DNA of 64,000 nucleotides, taken from a virus. Positions 45,150 to 53,822 of this stretch are shown here, one piece after another. The first letter of the stretch is position 1. Every line of letters starts with the position of its first letter. Under the pieces are notes generated by a model. That model did no database searches and was not told the origin of the DNA. It was given only the letters and a program-made list of their open reading frames with translations. The position numbers and the translations under genes are program-made. The DNA lies in IMG/VR virus record IMGVR_UViG_3300031992_000005, positions 128,001 through 192,000 of that record; one strand, written 5' to 3'.

Positions 45150-48100
45150 TGAGTAATTTTAATCAATTTTTCAAAAATCAAGGGGCAAAGACGATGGTAG
45201 AGCGTTTCTTTACCGGAATAGATGAATATACGCCAAATAAGAAACTAACAAACCTAACTTGGCATCTAGCCGAAGAAGATAAACGCCCAGCTTCATATTT
45301 CATAGAAAATGGATTAACTGCAACTCATAAGGTAATCCTGGAGTATACAATTAACTATGATGATGAAATTCGTACATCTGAGTTTGAAGTCCCTAGAGAA
45401 ATAGACGGTGTATTTATTATAGAAGGAGCTTATCGTATTGCTACTAATAACCTAGGAAAAGACTATGATTGTAGAATCAATATGTCAGGTACTGGTAGAC
45501 AATACATTAACTTTGACTATGGTAGAGAATATGACATCAAGACTGGTATTCTTAAAATAAAGAGGGTAAATCCTGACTTAGGTTTACCTGAAAAAGTAAG
45601 AGAATATAAGTTAGATGAAATAGATGAACTCAGTGGTATTGAAAAAGAAGTTCTAAAACTTTCTGAAAGACAGAGAAAGAAGTTTCAGGTAAAGCTTGAT
45701 ATTGATTATTCCCCGGATTATATTTCAAAGAAGCTTATCGAGGATTGTATTGCTTATGGCGATGATAGAATTCGAGATCTTATTATTGATAAGAAGATTG
45801 ATTCTGTTCCCGTTGGTTTTATGAAGTATATCTTCAATGGAGGTAATAATAAGAACTTCTATGGTACAAAATCCCAACTAAGAAACTATTGGAGTAAGCA
45901 AGGTAAGTTACAGGACCAGATTAATGTACTTACAAATCTTTGTGCTAGATACTGGAAAGGTAGTAGTTCAAAGAAGAAAGGAGAGGATAATGATGTTCAA
46001 GTTTCTCCTGGTGTAAATGCCATGAACCTGGAAAGTATCACGAATAAAATCTATATTCCTGAAACTGTAGCTTATAATACTACCTTTAGTGACTTGATTT
46101 GTGTTGGTGCTACACCAAATAATGGTAACATCGGTAAGCAGAATGCCTTGACTGTATCTACCCATATTACAGATGAGGATGTTCTCTTTGACTGTTATAC
46201 TACCAAGTTTCAAAAGATCACTATCCCATACTTGGATTATCTTAATCATAAGGTATGTGCTAGTGAGTACGTTGACTATGATACTAATACCGTTAAACCC
46301 GATAAGGATGGTAAGGTAGAAGTTAAGCATAGAATGCGTAGAAAGATGGTACCAGTGGAGGAAATTGAGTTAATTGACCTTCACCCAGACTATCGTTTAT
46401 CAGAAGAAGTAAGACGTATACCGTTTGTGAATTTTACTGACTCTGTTCGTATCTGTATGGGTAGTGGTATGTTAAAGCAAGCTATTCCACTTGTTAATGC
46501 AGAAAGACCTCTAGTAGATACAGGTAACTATGAAGAGCTTCATACAAACGTCTTGAATGAACGTTTTAAAGAAGAGTCTGGTGTAGTTAAGGATGTAAAT
46601 GAAGAGGGAGTATTAATAGAACTTCCTAATAAGGATGAAATTCTTATTCCAAGAAAAACTGCTATTCAGAGTATAAATGATGTTGACGTCTTTACTGAGC
46701 CTAAAGTTAAGAAAGGCCAAAAGGTAAAGAAGGGTGATGTTATTACTGGAGCAGTTGGCTTGGAAGAAGATACCTATAAAATGGGTATTAATGCTCTCGT
46801 CTTATTCCATGCAATGTTTGGTGATGTCAATGAAGATGCCTTAGTAGTTAGTGAGTCTTTCTCAAAGAAAATGCACTCTTACTCTGTTATCGACCTGATA
46901 TATGAAGTAAGAACTAATGAGGCAATCAAATGGATAGCTCCAATAGGTCAACAGGTAAAGTCTAAAGATCCCGTCATGATGACCTATAAGGCTGTTAAAC
47001 TTGACTTAGTCAATAAGGCCTTGAATGATAAATTAGGTGGTATCTTTGGAGATCAAAAACTAGATCTCTCTGAATATACTATTGAAAGTAACTTGGAAGT
47101 TCCTAATGACATTGATGAAGCTTATGTTAGTGATGTTAGAATTCAGGAAAATTTACACCCTAGAGTTCCTGGTGGTACTAAGAGACCTGACTTAACTTAT
47201 GCTCATACATCAGAGGAGACTATCAAAGATTATAATTTTGATAGAAAAATTATCTATGATAGATATCCAGAATATATTGCAGCAGATAGACTTAAGGATA
47301 TATCATTAGCAGATAAGGATTATAAGATTGTTTATGTAGTTCGTATTAGACTTATTAAGAGAACAAATCTTATGATCGGATCTAAGGTTACCAACCGTTA
47401 TGGTGGTAAGGGTGTCATTTCTAAGATCTTGCCAGATGATAAGATGCCAATCATGGTAGAATCTGCAACTGGTAATAAGAAAGTTGTGGATATTGTCATG
47501 AACCCTTATAGTACAATTAACCGAAAGATTCCTTCTGTTAATATGGAGAGTCTCTTAGGTTCAATTGCGCATAGAATTCATGACATAGTAGATGAGAGGA
47601 AAAATGATAAGAAAAAACAGGAAACTATCATGCCTCTTGTTCAGAAGTATTATCCTGGTCGATTTGATGGAATGACATTAGAGAAGTTCTTGAAGTTACA
47701 TGAAAATAGTAAACTTGAGGACGTATATTACTTCAATGTAGGTAGTTACTCTAGACTTACTCCAAAGCAGATAGATGAATGGGCAAAGGAATTAGGTGTT
47801 ACACCTCAATCAAAGATTCTCATGCCTAGTGATACTATCGCTGACCTTGATGAGCTTAAAGCGAACTTAAGTGAGGAAGAATATAATACCGCCGTTAAGA
47901 ACTTGACAGGTAGATACGTAGAAGTTGAAAAGCCACTTAGTGTTGGTTATATGACTATGGAAGAACTATATCAAATTCCAACTTATAGTGATAAGGTAAC
48001 TTCTAGTATGTTCGGTGTTGATGTTAATGAGTGGGTAGATTCTCCTATTATGGGTAGAGGTGGTTATAGAAAAACTGGTCAGATTATCGGTGAAATGGAG

Positions 48101-48310
48101 CTCATGGCATACTTGTCAAGAAATGCCAGAGATTTCATTAAGCTCTCTAGAGGAGATACCTCAAGAGAAGATAATCAGCTCTTCTTGAATAACCTCTTAG
48201 GTCTTGGTCTAACTGTTACAGACAGTAAGGGTTATAATCAGGGCGGTTCATCTCTCAAGAGTAGACTTGGTGAGATGAAGACTAAATTCAGACTAAAGAA
48301 TCAGAAATAA
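45149..48310 (+). CDS. rpoB: multisubunit RNA polymerase beta-like subunit
   Basis: NRYGGKGVISKILPDDKMPIM...VDIVMNPYSTINRKIPS (compare bacterial RHGNKGVISKI..EDMP...DIVLNPLGVPSRMN) and GGYRKTGQIIGEMELMAYLS (compare GGQRFGEMEVWALEAYG). Confidence 0.85.
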   Translation: MSNFNQFFKNQGAKTMVERFFTGIDEYTPNKKLTNLTWHLAEEDKRPASYFIENGLTATHKVILEYTINYDDEIRTSEFEVPREIDGVFIIEGAYRIATNNLGKDYDCRINMSGTGRQYINFDYGREYDIKTGILKIKRVNPDLGLPEKVREYKLDEIDELSGIEKEVLKLSERQRKKFQVKLDIDYSPDYISKKLIEDCIAYGDDRIRDLIIDKKIDSVPVGFMKYIFNGGNNKNFYGTKSQLRNYWSKQGKLQDQINVLTNLCARYWKGSSSKKKGEDNDVQVSPGVNAMNLESITNKIYIPETVAYNTTFSDLICVGATPNNGNIGKQNALTVSTHITDEDVLFDCYTTKFQKITIPYLDYLNHKVCASEYVDYDTNTVKPDKDGKVEVKHRMRRKMVPVEEIELIDLHPDYRLSEEVRRIPFVNFTDSVRICMGSGMLKQAIPLVNAERPLVDTGNYEELHTNVLNERFKEESGVVKDVNEEGVLIELPNKDEILIPRKTAIQSINDVDVFTEPKVKKGQKVKKGDVITGAVGLEEDTYKMGINALVLFHAMFGDVNEDALVVSESFSKKMHSYSVIDLIYEVRTNEAIKWIAPIGQQVKSKDPVMMTYKAVKLDLVNKALNDKLGGIFGDQKLDLSEYTIESNLEVPNDIDEAYVSDVRIQENLHPRVPGGTKRPDLTYAHTSEETIKDYNFDRKIIYDRYPEYIAADRLKDISLADKDYKIVYVVRIRLIKRTNLMIGSKVTNRYGGKGVISKILPDDKMPIMVESATGNKKVVDIVMNPYSTINRKIPSVNMESLLGSIAHRIHDIVDERKNDKKKQETIMPLVQKYYPGRFDGMTLEKFLKLHENSKLEDVYYFNVGSYSRLTPKQIDEWAKELGVTPQSKILMPSDTIADLDELKANLSEEEYNTAVKNLTGRYVEVEKPLSVGYMTMEELYQIPTYSDKVTSSMFGVDVNEWVDSPIMGRGGYRKTGQIIGEMELMAYLSRNARDFIKLSRGDTSREDNQLFLNNLLGLGLTVTDSKGYNQGGSSLKSRLGEMKTKFRLKNQK

Positions 48311-48311
48311 A

Positions 48312-48974
48312 ATGGAAGATACTCAGAACATTAGTAGCAGCTGTATTATGTTAGCTGCTAATCTCAGTACTCCCGTGTCTATGAAGGCTATTTTTGATTC
48401 GGGAGATCTGAAGGATACAGGAATTGAATTTGATTCACATATAACATTACTCTATGCCAGGAAGTTTATTGATAAGAGAGAAATATTACCTCTTCTTAGA
48501 ACCTTTGATTTTGGAGATATTCCAGACTTAGGTGGAAGAAATATACAGGACTTCTTGGAATATCAGAAGAATCCACTAGACTTTTCATGTCCAGTTTATG
48601 ATATTTTTGAATTGAGTAGTTTTGAAAATGATAGTGGGTATGTTATATTGAAGTTGAAAAATAATAATCTCTGGTATGATGTATGTTCCCAGATCAATAA
48701 GGTATTTGGGAAATATTATAATGTAACCAGTGATTTTAGTACTTACACACCTCATCTAACTTTAGCAGAATTAGAGCCAGGATTAACTGAAAAATATCTT
48801 GACAATGAGACTCTAAAGTTAGTTCTAAGGGATAGTATTGTTCATTTTGAAGACTTAGTTATCTCCTATAGTAGGGAAGATTCTAAGGAGTATGATCAAT
48901 ATAATATCACAACTAATCGTGCTGTTGATAGATTCTTTAGAGAAAGGGAGCTTAGGAGCGTCGAAATTGAGTAA
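48312..48974 (+). CDS. 2H phosphoesterase superfamily protein (LigT/cyclic-phosphodiesterase-like)
   Basis: Two HxT/S motifs at the expected spacing: FDSHITLLYA and YTPHLTLAEL. Confidence 0.65.
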   Translation: MEDTQNISSSCIMLAANLSTPVSMKAIFDSGDLKDTGIEFDSHITLLYARKFIDKREILPLLRTFDFGDIPDLGGRNIQDFLEYQKNPLDFSCPVYDIFELSSFENDSGYVILKLKNNNLWYDVCSQINKVFGKYYNVTSDFSTYTPHLTLAELEPGLTEKYLDNETLKLVLRDSIVHFEDLVISYSREDSKEYDQYNITTNRAVDRFFRERELRSVEIE

Positions 48975-49147
48975 AAACTCACTTCCTGAGCTGGGAAATC
49001 CTTATGTGTGTGGAAATAAGTCTCAGTTGAGAGGGCTTGCGGGGAAAATCAATGAATACGTGGCGCAGTATTCTCCGGTCTGTTTTATCAGGATAAAAAT
49101 TGAGAAAACCTCTCCTTAAAAAATAAAAACCTCGCCTCTTTTTTCGA

Positions 49148-49199
49148 GGGGTCATGCGTAATATAGGCGCTCTACAAGGTTCGAATCCTTGGTGGCCTC
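49148..49199 (+). other. tRNA 3'-half-like element (canonical T-arm plus acceptor-like 3' strand); not a complete tRNA
   Basis: caagg-TTCGAAT-ccttg followed by gtggcct-c. An upstream gggtcat can pair with it only via three G:U pairs. No D-arm or proper anticodon arm is present. Confidence 0.4.
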
Positions 49200-49205
49200 C
49201 TAATT

Positions 49206-49409
49206 ATGTTACAGAATTTTAGTTTAAACAATATTGAGTACGAACGTGCTCAGCAATTTGAAAAAGACCATAGTCACAGAGAAGAAGGTGGTGCAATCGG
49301 CGGTTACATTTCAGTTAGATTTAATATAACTAGTATTGGTACACTAAAAACCATAAAATGTAGTGTATGTGATTGTGAGATGAATATAACAGACTACGAT
49401 TCAATTTAA
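49206..49409 (+). CDS. hypothetical small protein
   Basis: 67-aa track ORF containing a CSVCDC cluster. Confidence 0.45.
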   Translation: MLQNFSLNNIEYERAQQFEKDHSHREEGGAIGGYISVRFNITSIGTLKTIKCSVCDCEMNITDYDSI

Positions 49410-49414
49410 GGAAA

Positions 49415-50524
49415 ATGAGAAAGAAAAAAGAAAAAGAAAAAGTAAAAGTAGATCAGCCTGAATTGATCGAAGAGGTTGTAGAACAACAGCCTGAAGAAAA
49501 CCTGGCTAAGGAAAATTCGGCTGAAGAAAAAGTTGTAGCGGAAGTTCCTAAGAAAAAGACTTCGAGAAATTCAAATCTTCACGAAGCTAAACGTGCGAAG
49601 AATGATGAATTCTATACTCAATTAACGGATATTGAAAAGGAATTGTCACATTATAAAAAACATTTTAAAGGGAAAGTTGTTTTTTGTAACTGTAATGATG
49701 CAATTCATGGTAACTTTGCCAAATATTTTTCTTTAAGCTTTGAAGCCCTAGGATTAAAACAACTAATCTGTACTTCCTATGGAGAGAATGCTAAGGTCTT
49801 TATCTATAGTGGAGATAAGAATGGCAATAGAGTCCCAGACTTAGAAGATTGGGAAATTCAAGACTTAAAGGGTGACGGTGATTTCAGGAGTGATGAAATG
49901 ATTGAACTCCTTAAGAAGGCTGATATTGTTTGTACAAATCCACCATTTTCTTTGTTTAGGGAGTATATCGCTCAGTTAATTCAGTTTGATAAAAAATTCC
50001 TCATCATTGGTAATGGAAATGCTGTTACATACAAGGAGTTTTTCCCACTTATAAAAGAAAATAAAGTATGGCTTGGATGCACCTTATTCTGTGGAAAAAT
50101 GCCTTTTTTTAAGGTTCCAAATGACACAGATGTTTCTAAAGGCGCAAAGCATTACTATGATAAGAACGGAGAGCTTTTTAAACAAGTAAATTCTATTGCA
50201 TGGTTTACTAATCTTGACCATAACCGTCGTCATCAGCCAATAGATTTATATAAGAAATATACTCCAGAGGAATTTCCAAAGTATGACAATTATGACGCTA
50301 TCAACGTAGACAAAACTTGTGATATTCCAATAGATTATAATGGAGTTATGGGTGTGCCAATTTCATTTCTAGATAAATATTGTCCTACTCAATTTCAAAT
50401 CATAGGAATAACAGAAAATGCGAATTATCTAAGTGGTTTATATATTAAAGGCTGTGATAAATATGACAGACCTTATATTAATGGGAAAAGAATGTATAGT
50501 AGAATTTTAATTAAGAAACTATAA
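49415..50524 (+). CDS. N6-adenine-type DNA methyltransferase (EcoRI-methylase-like family by eye)
   Basis: Catalytic motif IV VCTNPPFSLFREY. N-terminal KNDEFYTQLTDIEKEL..YKKHFKGKVVFCNCND pattern. Lys/Glu-rich leader. Confidence 0.65.
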   Translation: MRKKKEKEKVKVDQPELIEEVVEQQPEENLAKENSAEEKVVAEVPKKKTSRNSNLHEAKRAKNDEFYTQLTDIEKELSHYKKHFKGKVVFCNCNDAIHGNFAKYFSLSFEALGLKQLICTSYGENAKVFIYSGDKNGNRVPDLEDWEIQDLKGDGDFRSDEMIELLKKADIVCTNPPFSLFREYIAQLIQFDKKFLIIGNGNAVTYKEFFPLIKENKVWLGCTLFCGKMPFFKVPNDTDVSKGAKHYYDKNGELFKQVNSIAWFTNLDHNRRHQPIDLYKKYTPEEFPKYDNYDAINVDKTCDIPIDYNGVMGVPISFLDKYCPTQFQIIGITENANYLSGLYIKGCDKYDRPYINGKRMYSRILIKKL

Positions 50525-50532
50525 TTTTCACA

Positions 50533-51630
50533 ATGAACATTACTCATAGATCAATAGCGATAAGAGAAATTTTTGAAGGTTATAAGGACAATCAAGAAGA
50601 AGGTGTTACAGCATTTAATGGAAAATTAAATGTTAGGCCACCTTATCAGAGAGAATTTGTTTATGACGATAAAAAGCGAAATGCCGTCATAGAGACCATT
50701 AAGAAAGGTTTTCCGCTTAATGTTATGTATTGGGCGAAGAATTCAGACGATTCTTATGAAGTTCTTGATGGTCAGCAGAGAACTATTTCATTTTGTCAAT
50801 ACTTAAATGGTGATTTTTCAGTAGATAATTTATATTTTTATAATCTCACTGATGTTGATCAGAGTAAGATATTGAATTATGAAGTAGAAATATACATCTG
50901 CGAAGGGAATGATAAAGAAAGGCTGGATTGGTTTGAGACTATAAATATAGCAGGTGAAAGATTAACCAAACAGGAGCTTAGAAATATTAACTATACTGGA
51001 AAATGGTTATCTGATGCTAAGAGAAAATTCTCAAAGACCAACTGTGTTGCCTATAAAATAGGATCGAAATACTTAAAAGGATCCCCTATTAGACAAGAGT
51101 ACCTGGAGACTGTCTTATCTTGGATAAGTCACGGAGATATTGAAGGTTACATGGCATTCCACCAGAAGGATGATAATGCTTCTGCGCTCTTGGCATATTT
51201 TACTGCTGTAATAGACTGGATTACTAAGGTATTTCCTCCTAAGTATTATCGAAAAGAATTGCAGGGCTTAGATTGGGGAAGATTATACGAAGCTTATCAT
51301 AAAAATGAGTATTCCCCAGAAGAGATGGAGAAGAAAGTAAAGGAGCTAATTTTAGACGATGAAGTGACGAGTAAGAAAGGTATTTTTGAATATCTTTTGT
51401 CAGGCTGTACTAAAGAGTCCTGCCTTAGTCTTAGAAAGTTTTCAGATGCTCAGAAATTAGCGGCTTATGAAAAGCAAAAGGGTATTTGTCCTATTTGCGG
51501 AAAGAAATTTTCTATCGATGATATGGACGGTGATCATATAGTTCCTTGGTCACAGGGAGGAAAGACAACTCCAGATAATCTGCAGCTCTTATGTCGTACC
51601 TGCAATCTGAAAAAGGGAGCAAAAAAATAA
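50533..51630 (+). CDS. DUF262 (ParB/GmrSD-N-like) plus C-terminal HNH nuclease fusion
   Basis: RPPYQREFVYD and LDGQQRT (DUF262 signature). C-terminal CPICGK...DGDHIVPWSQGGKTTPDNLQLLCRTCNLKKG (HNH). Confidence 0.75.
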   Translation: MNITHRSIAIREIFEGYKDNQEEGVTAFNGKLNVRPPYQREFVYDDKKRNAVIETIKKGFPLNVMYWAKNSDDSYEVLDGQQRTISFCQYLNGDFSVDNLYFYNLTDVDQSKILNYEVEIYICEGNDKERLDWFETINIAGERLTKQELRNINYTGKWLSDAKRKFSKTNCVAYKIGSKYLKGSPIRQEYLETVLSWISHGDIEGYMAFHQKDDNASALLAYFTAVIDWITKVFPPKYYRKELQGLDWGRLYEAYHKNEYSPEEMEKKVKELILDDEVTSKKGIFEYLLSGCTKESCLSLRKFSDAQKLAAYEKQKGICPICGKKFSIDDMDGDHIVPWSQGGKTTPDNLQLLCRTCNLKKGAKK

Positions 51631-51654
51631 AGCTATTTGTTTGTCATACAATTG

Positions 51655-51697
51655 GGGGATTGGATAGAAATCTTATCCAAAAGTTCGTTCAATCCCC
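51655..51697 (+). terminator. intrinsic-terminator-like hairpin
   Basis: Stem ggggattg...caatcccc followed by tactttttt. Confidence 0.5.
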
Positions 51698-51732
51698 TAC
51701 TTTTTTGCTTACACATTTGAATTAAACTAAGT

Positions 51733-52365
51733 ATGATAACTTTTAGACCTAAACCTACTGCCACTATAGAACTTTCTTCAACTTCAGTTAAACTGATTCA
51801 GGGTGGTAAATTCTATAAGACCGTTACTAATACAGCTTCTTATCTAAAGAATAACATCTTAGATCCGGAGCTATACAAGGAAAATGTTCTTCCAGCTATA
51901 AAGGAATATGTAAAGATGTCGGGAGTTTCCCCAGACAGGATTAACTGTATTGGTACGGCTGTTTATAGAAATTCCAGGAATATCGATGAAATTAAAGCTA
52001 TAATTCGGAAAGAAACTGGGCTTAGATTACGAGTATTATCTGGAAAGGAAGAGGCAATGCTGCCACTTCAGAAATACATGGGATATACCAAGAAATATGA
52101 CTACGTATTGACTATAGATGCAGGTGGTTTGAGTACGGATATAGCTTGTTCCTCTGATGATTGGATATCGCTGAATGTCGGATCCAGGGACTCCAGTAAG
52201 CTAACGAAAGAACTTCAGAGGCTAGAGAAGGCTTTTGGTTGGTTGAGAAATGAAGATAGTGTTATTATGATAGGACTAGGAAAATTACATAGTTCTCCTA
52301 GGCCAAAATATTTGGTGGAAATCTTAGAGGTTCTTGGAAACCATAAACTTATATTGGAGAGGTGA
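51733..52365 (+). CDS. truncated or degenerate Ppx/GppA-family (ASKHA) phosphatase-like protein
   Basis: ATIELSSTSVKLI (compare iDlGSNS.rL), GTAVYRNSRNIDEI, RLRVLSGKEEAML (compare visG.eEA) and LTIDAGGLSTDIA (compare DiGGGStE). Only 210 aa, and the phosphate-1 Asp/Gly residues are replaced. Confidence 0.5.
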   Translation: MITFRPKPTATIELSSTSVKLIQGGKFYKTVTNTASYLKNNILDPELYKENVLPAIKEYVKMSGVSPDRINCIGTAVYRNSRNIDEIKAIIRKETGLRLRVLSGKEEAMLPLQKYMGYTKKYDYVLTIDAGGLSTDIACSSDDWISLNVGSRDSSKLTKELQRLEKAFGWLRNEDSVIMIGLGKLHSSPRPKYLVEILEVLGNHKLILER

Positions 52366-52385
52366 GTCCATCGCAAAATATATAT

Positions 52386-52458
52386 CGCGGGATGGAGCAG
52401 TTGGTAGCTCGCCAGCCCCATAAGCTGGAGGTCGGGGGTTCGAATCCTTCTCCCGCAA
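52386..52458 (+). tRNA. tRNA-Met (CAU), initiator-like
   Basis: A hand-folded 73-nt cloverleaf. CGCGGGA/UCCCGCA acceptor with a C1-A72 mismatch, A11:U24, anticodon loop CCCAUAA, T-loop TTCGAAT. The 5' half closely resembles bacterial tRNA-fMet (CGCGGGGUGGAGCAG). Confidence 0.85.
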
Positions 52459-52537
52459 CTATAATAATTTTTAAGGCCACCCAAATCCTTATAATTGTAC
52501 TAAAATTCAATTTTTTATTAACTTAATTAAAGTGTTT

Positions 52538-53599
52538 ATGAAAAAAATTTTATTTACTTTGGCACTTATTTTAGTAAGTGTATTGGACATTAACGCGCAA
52601 TCAGCACGAGAAGTTTCTTCGGGTGTTTTTGACGGTACTTATGTTGGCGTCAATTTCGGATTATCAAGCAAGACGGTTCAGCCAGGCGGAGGTTGGTTTA
52701 AGCAGACCTTCGAAAATCTCAATACGAACGCAGGAATCCGTCTAGGTAAGTGGATTACTCCTGTTTGGGGTGTGGCTATTGATGCAGATGCTTATTTCCG
52801 GAATGCTCCAGCTCCAAGTACGGGCACCTTTGTTCGAGCAGCAGACTTTACTGCCCTCGCTACAATGAACCTATCTAATCTTATTGGTAGATACAAAGGC
52901 TATCCTAGGACATTTGAAGTTATTCCTGTTGCTGGTTTTGGAATCGGAAAAGTCTTCCGAGAGTCTCATTCAGATCATCCTAAGGTGAAGCGAGGTTATC
53001 TTACTACAAAACTTGGTATTGACTTTGCATGGAACTTAGGAAAAGCGAAGGCTTGGCAATTTTATCTAGAACCTTCCATTAATCATATCCTGAATGCCAA
53101 TAAACACCTGGAATTCAATGTAAATCATTCGTTCCTTCAGGTAAAGGCTGGTGTAGTGTATAAGCTTCCATTCAAGGGTACTGGCCTGCACTACTTCCGA
53201 CTACATGATATTGATTATTACGACGCAAAGGTAGCGGCTCTCCAGAAGGACGTAGAGTATCAGAAGGAGCTCTTGGCCAATAGAAAGGGAGAGGTTGTTC
53301 CTGGGCAAGATCGAGTTGTAAAGATCTCTGATACTTATGTGGTAGAGTTTGCAAAAGATAGCTATGAACTTACCACAGTGGCTAGGGAAACTCTCAGCAA
53401 GATCAAGAAAGGCGTAGCAGTTGATATTACAGCTGGTGCTACCAATGAAGGATCTAGTGAATACAACCTAGTTCTCTCTCAGAATCGAGCAAACATTGTG
53501 GCTGAATATCTTCGCCAGAGAGGTGTAAGAATTGATTCAGTTAAGGGCCTTGGTGCGAGTGAGACAGGTAATCGTATTGCTATTGTCAAGATTAAGTGA
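52538..53599 (+). CDS. OmpA-family outer-membrane protein (signal peptide, barrel-like N-domain, OmpA_C-like domain)
   Basis: MKKILFTLALILVSVLDINAQS signal sequence. C-terminus FAKDSYELT...GSSEYNLVLSQNRANIVAEYLRQRGV. Visibly more G+C-rich than its surroundings. The track start 52532 is GTG. Confidence 0.75.
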   Translation: MKKILFTLALILVSVLDINAQSAREVSSGVFDGTYVGVNFGLSSKTVQPGGGWFKQTFENLNTNAGIRLGKWITPVWGVAIDADAYFRNAPAPSTGTFVRAADFTALATMNLSNLIGRYKGYPRTFEVIPVAGFGIGKVFRESHSDHPKVKRGYLTTKLGIDFAWNLGKAKAWQFYLEPSINHILNANKHLEFNVNHSFLQVKAGVVYKLPFKGTGLHYFRLHDIDYYDAKVAALQKDVEYQKELLANRKGEVVPGQDRVVKISDTYVVEFAKDSYELTTVARETLSKIKKGVAVDITAGATNEGSSEYNLVLSQNRANIVAEYLRQRGVRIDSVKGLGASETGNRIAIVKIK

Positions 53600-53607
53600 G
53601 AAATTAT

Positions 53608-53633
53608 GGGGAAGTGATCTAAAGTCACTTCCC
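53608..53633 (+). terminator. intrinsic-terminator-like hairpin
   Basis: 9-bp stem gggaagtga/tcacttccc followed by tttctctttatt. Confidence 0.65.
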
Positions 53634-53822
53634 TTTCTCTTTATTAAGAATATCATATTTAACATAATAAAACCTTTTAGTGGTCACTGGAACCTAGCCA
53701 CAAACTCGACACTATTAAAGCTCTAATATGCCAAACTATTATCTGGTAATAGGTGTTGGAGTTACAAACAGTTATCTAGGCACGGGGAAGGAGAGGTTGA
53801 CTTCCCCCATTTTTTATATAAC

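Noticed and set aside
52215-52484. Minus-strand 89-aa ORF, and similarly 61508-61744 (minus strand).
   Set aside because: Both span + strand tRNA genes (tRNA-Met 52386-52458 and tRNA-Leu 61542-61627), and their translations include the tRNA sequence. They are artefacts.
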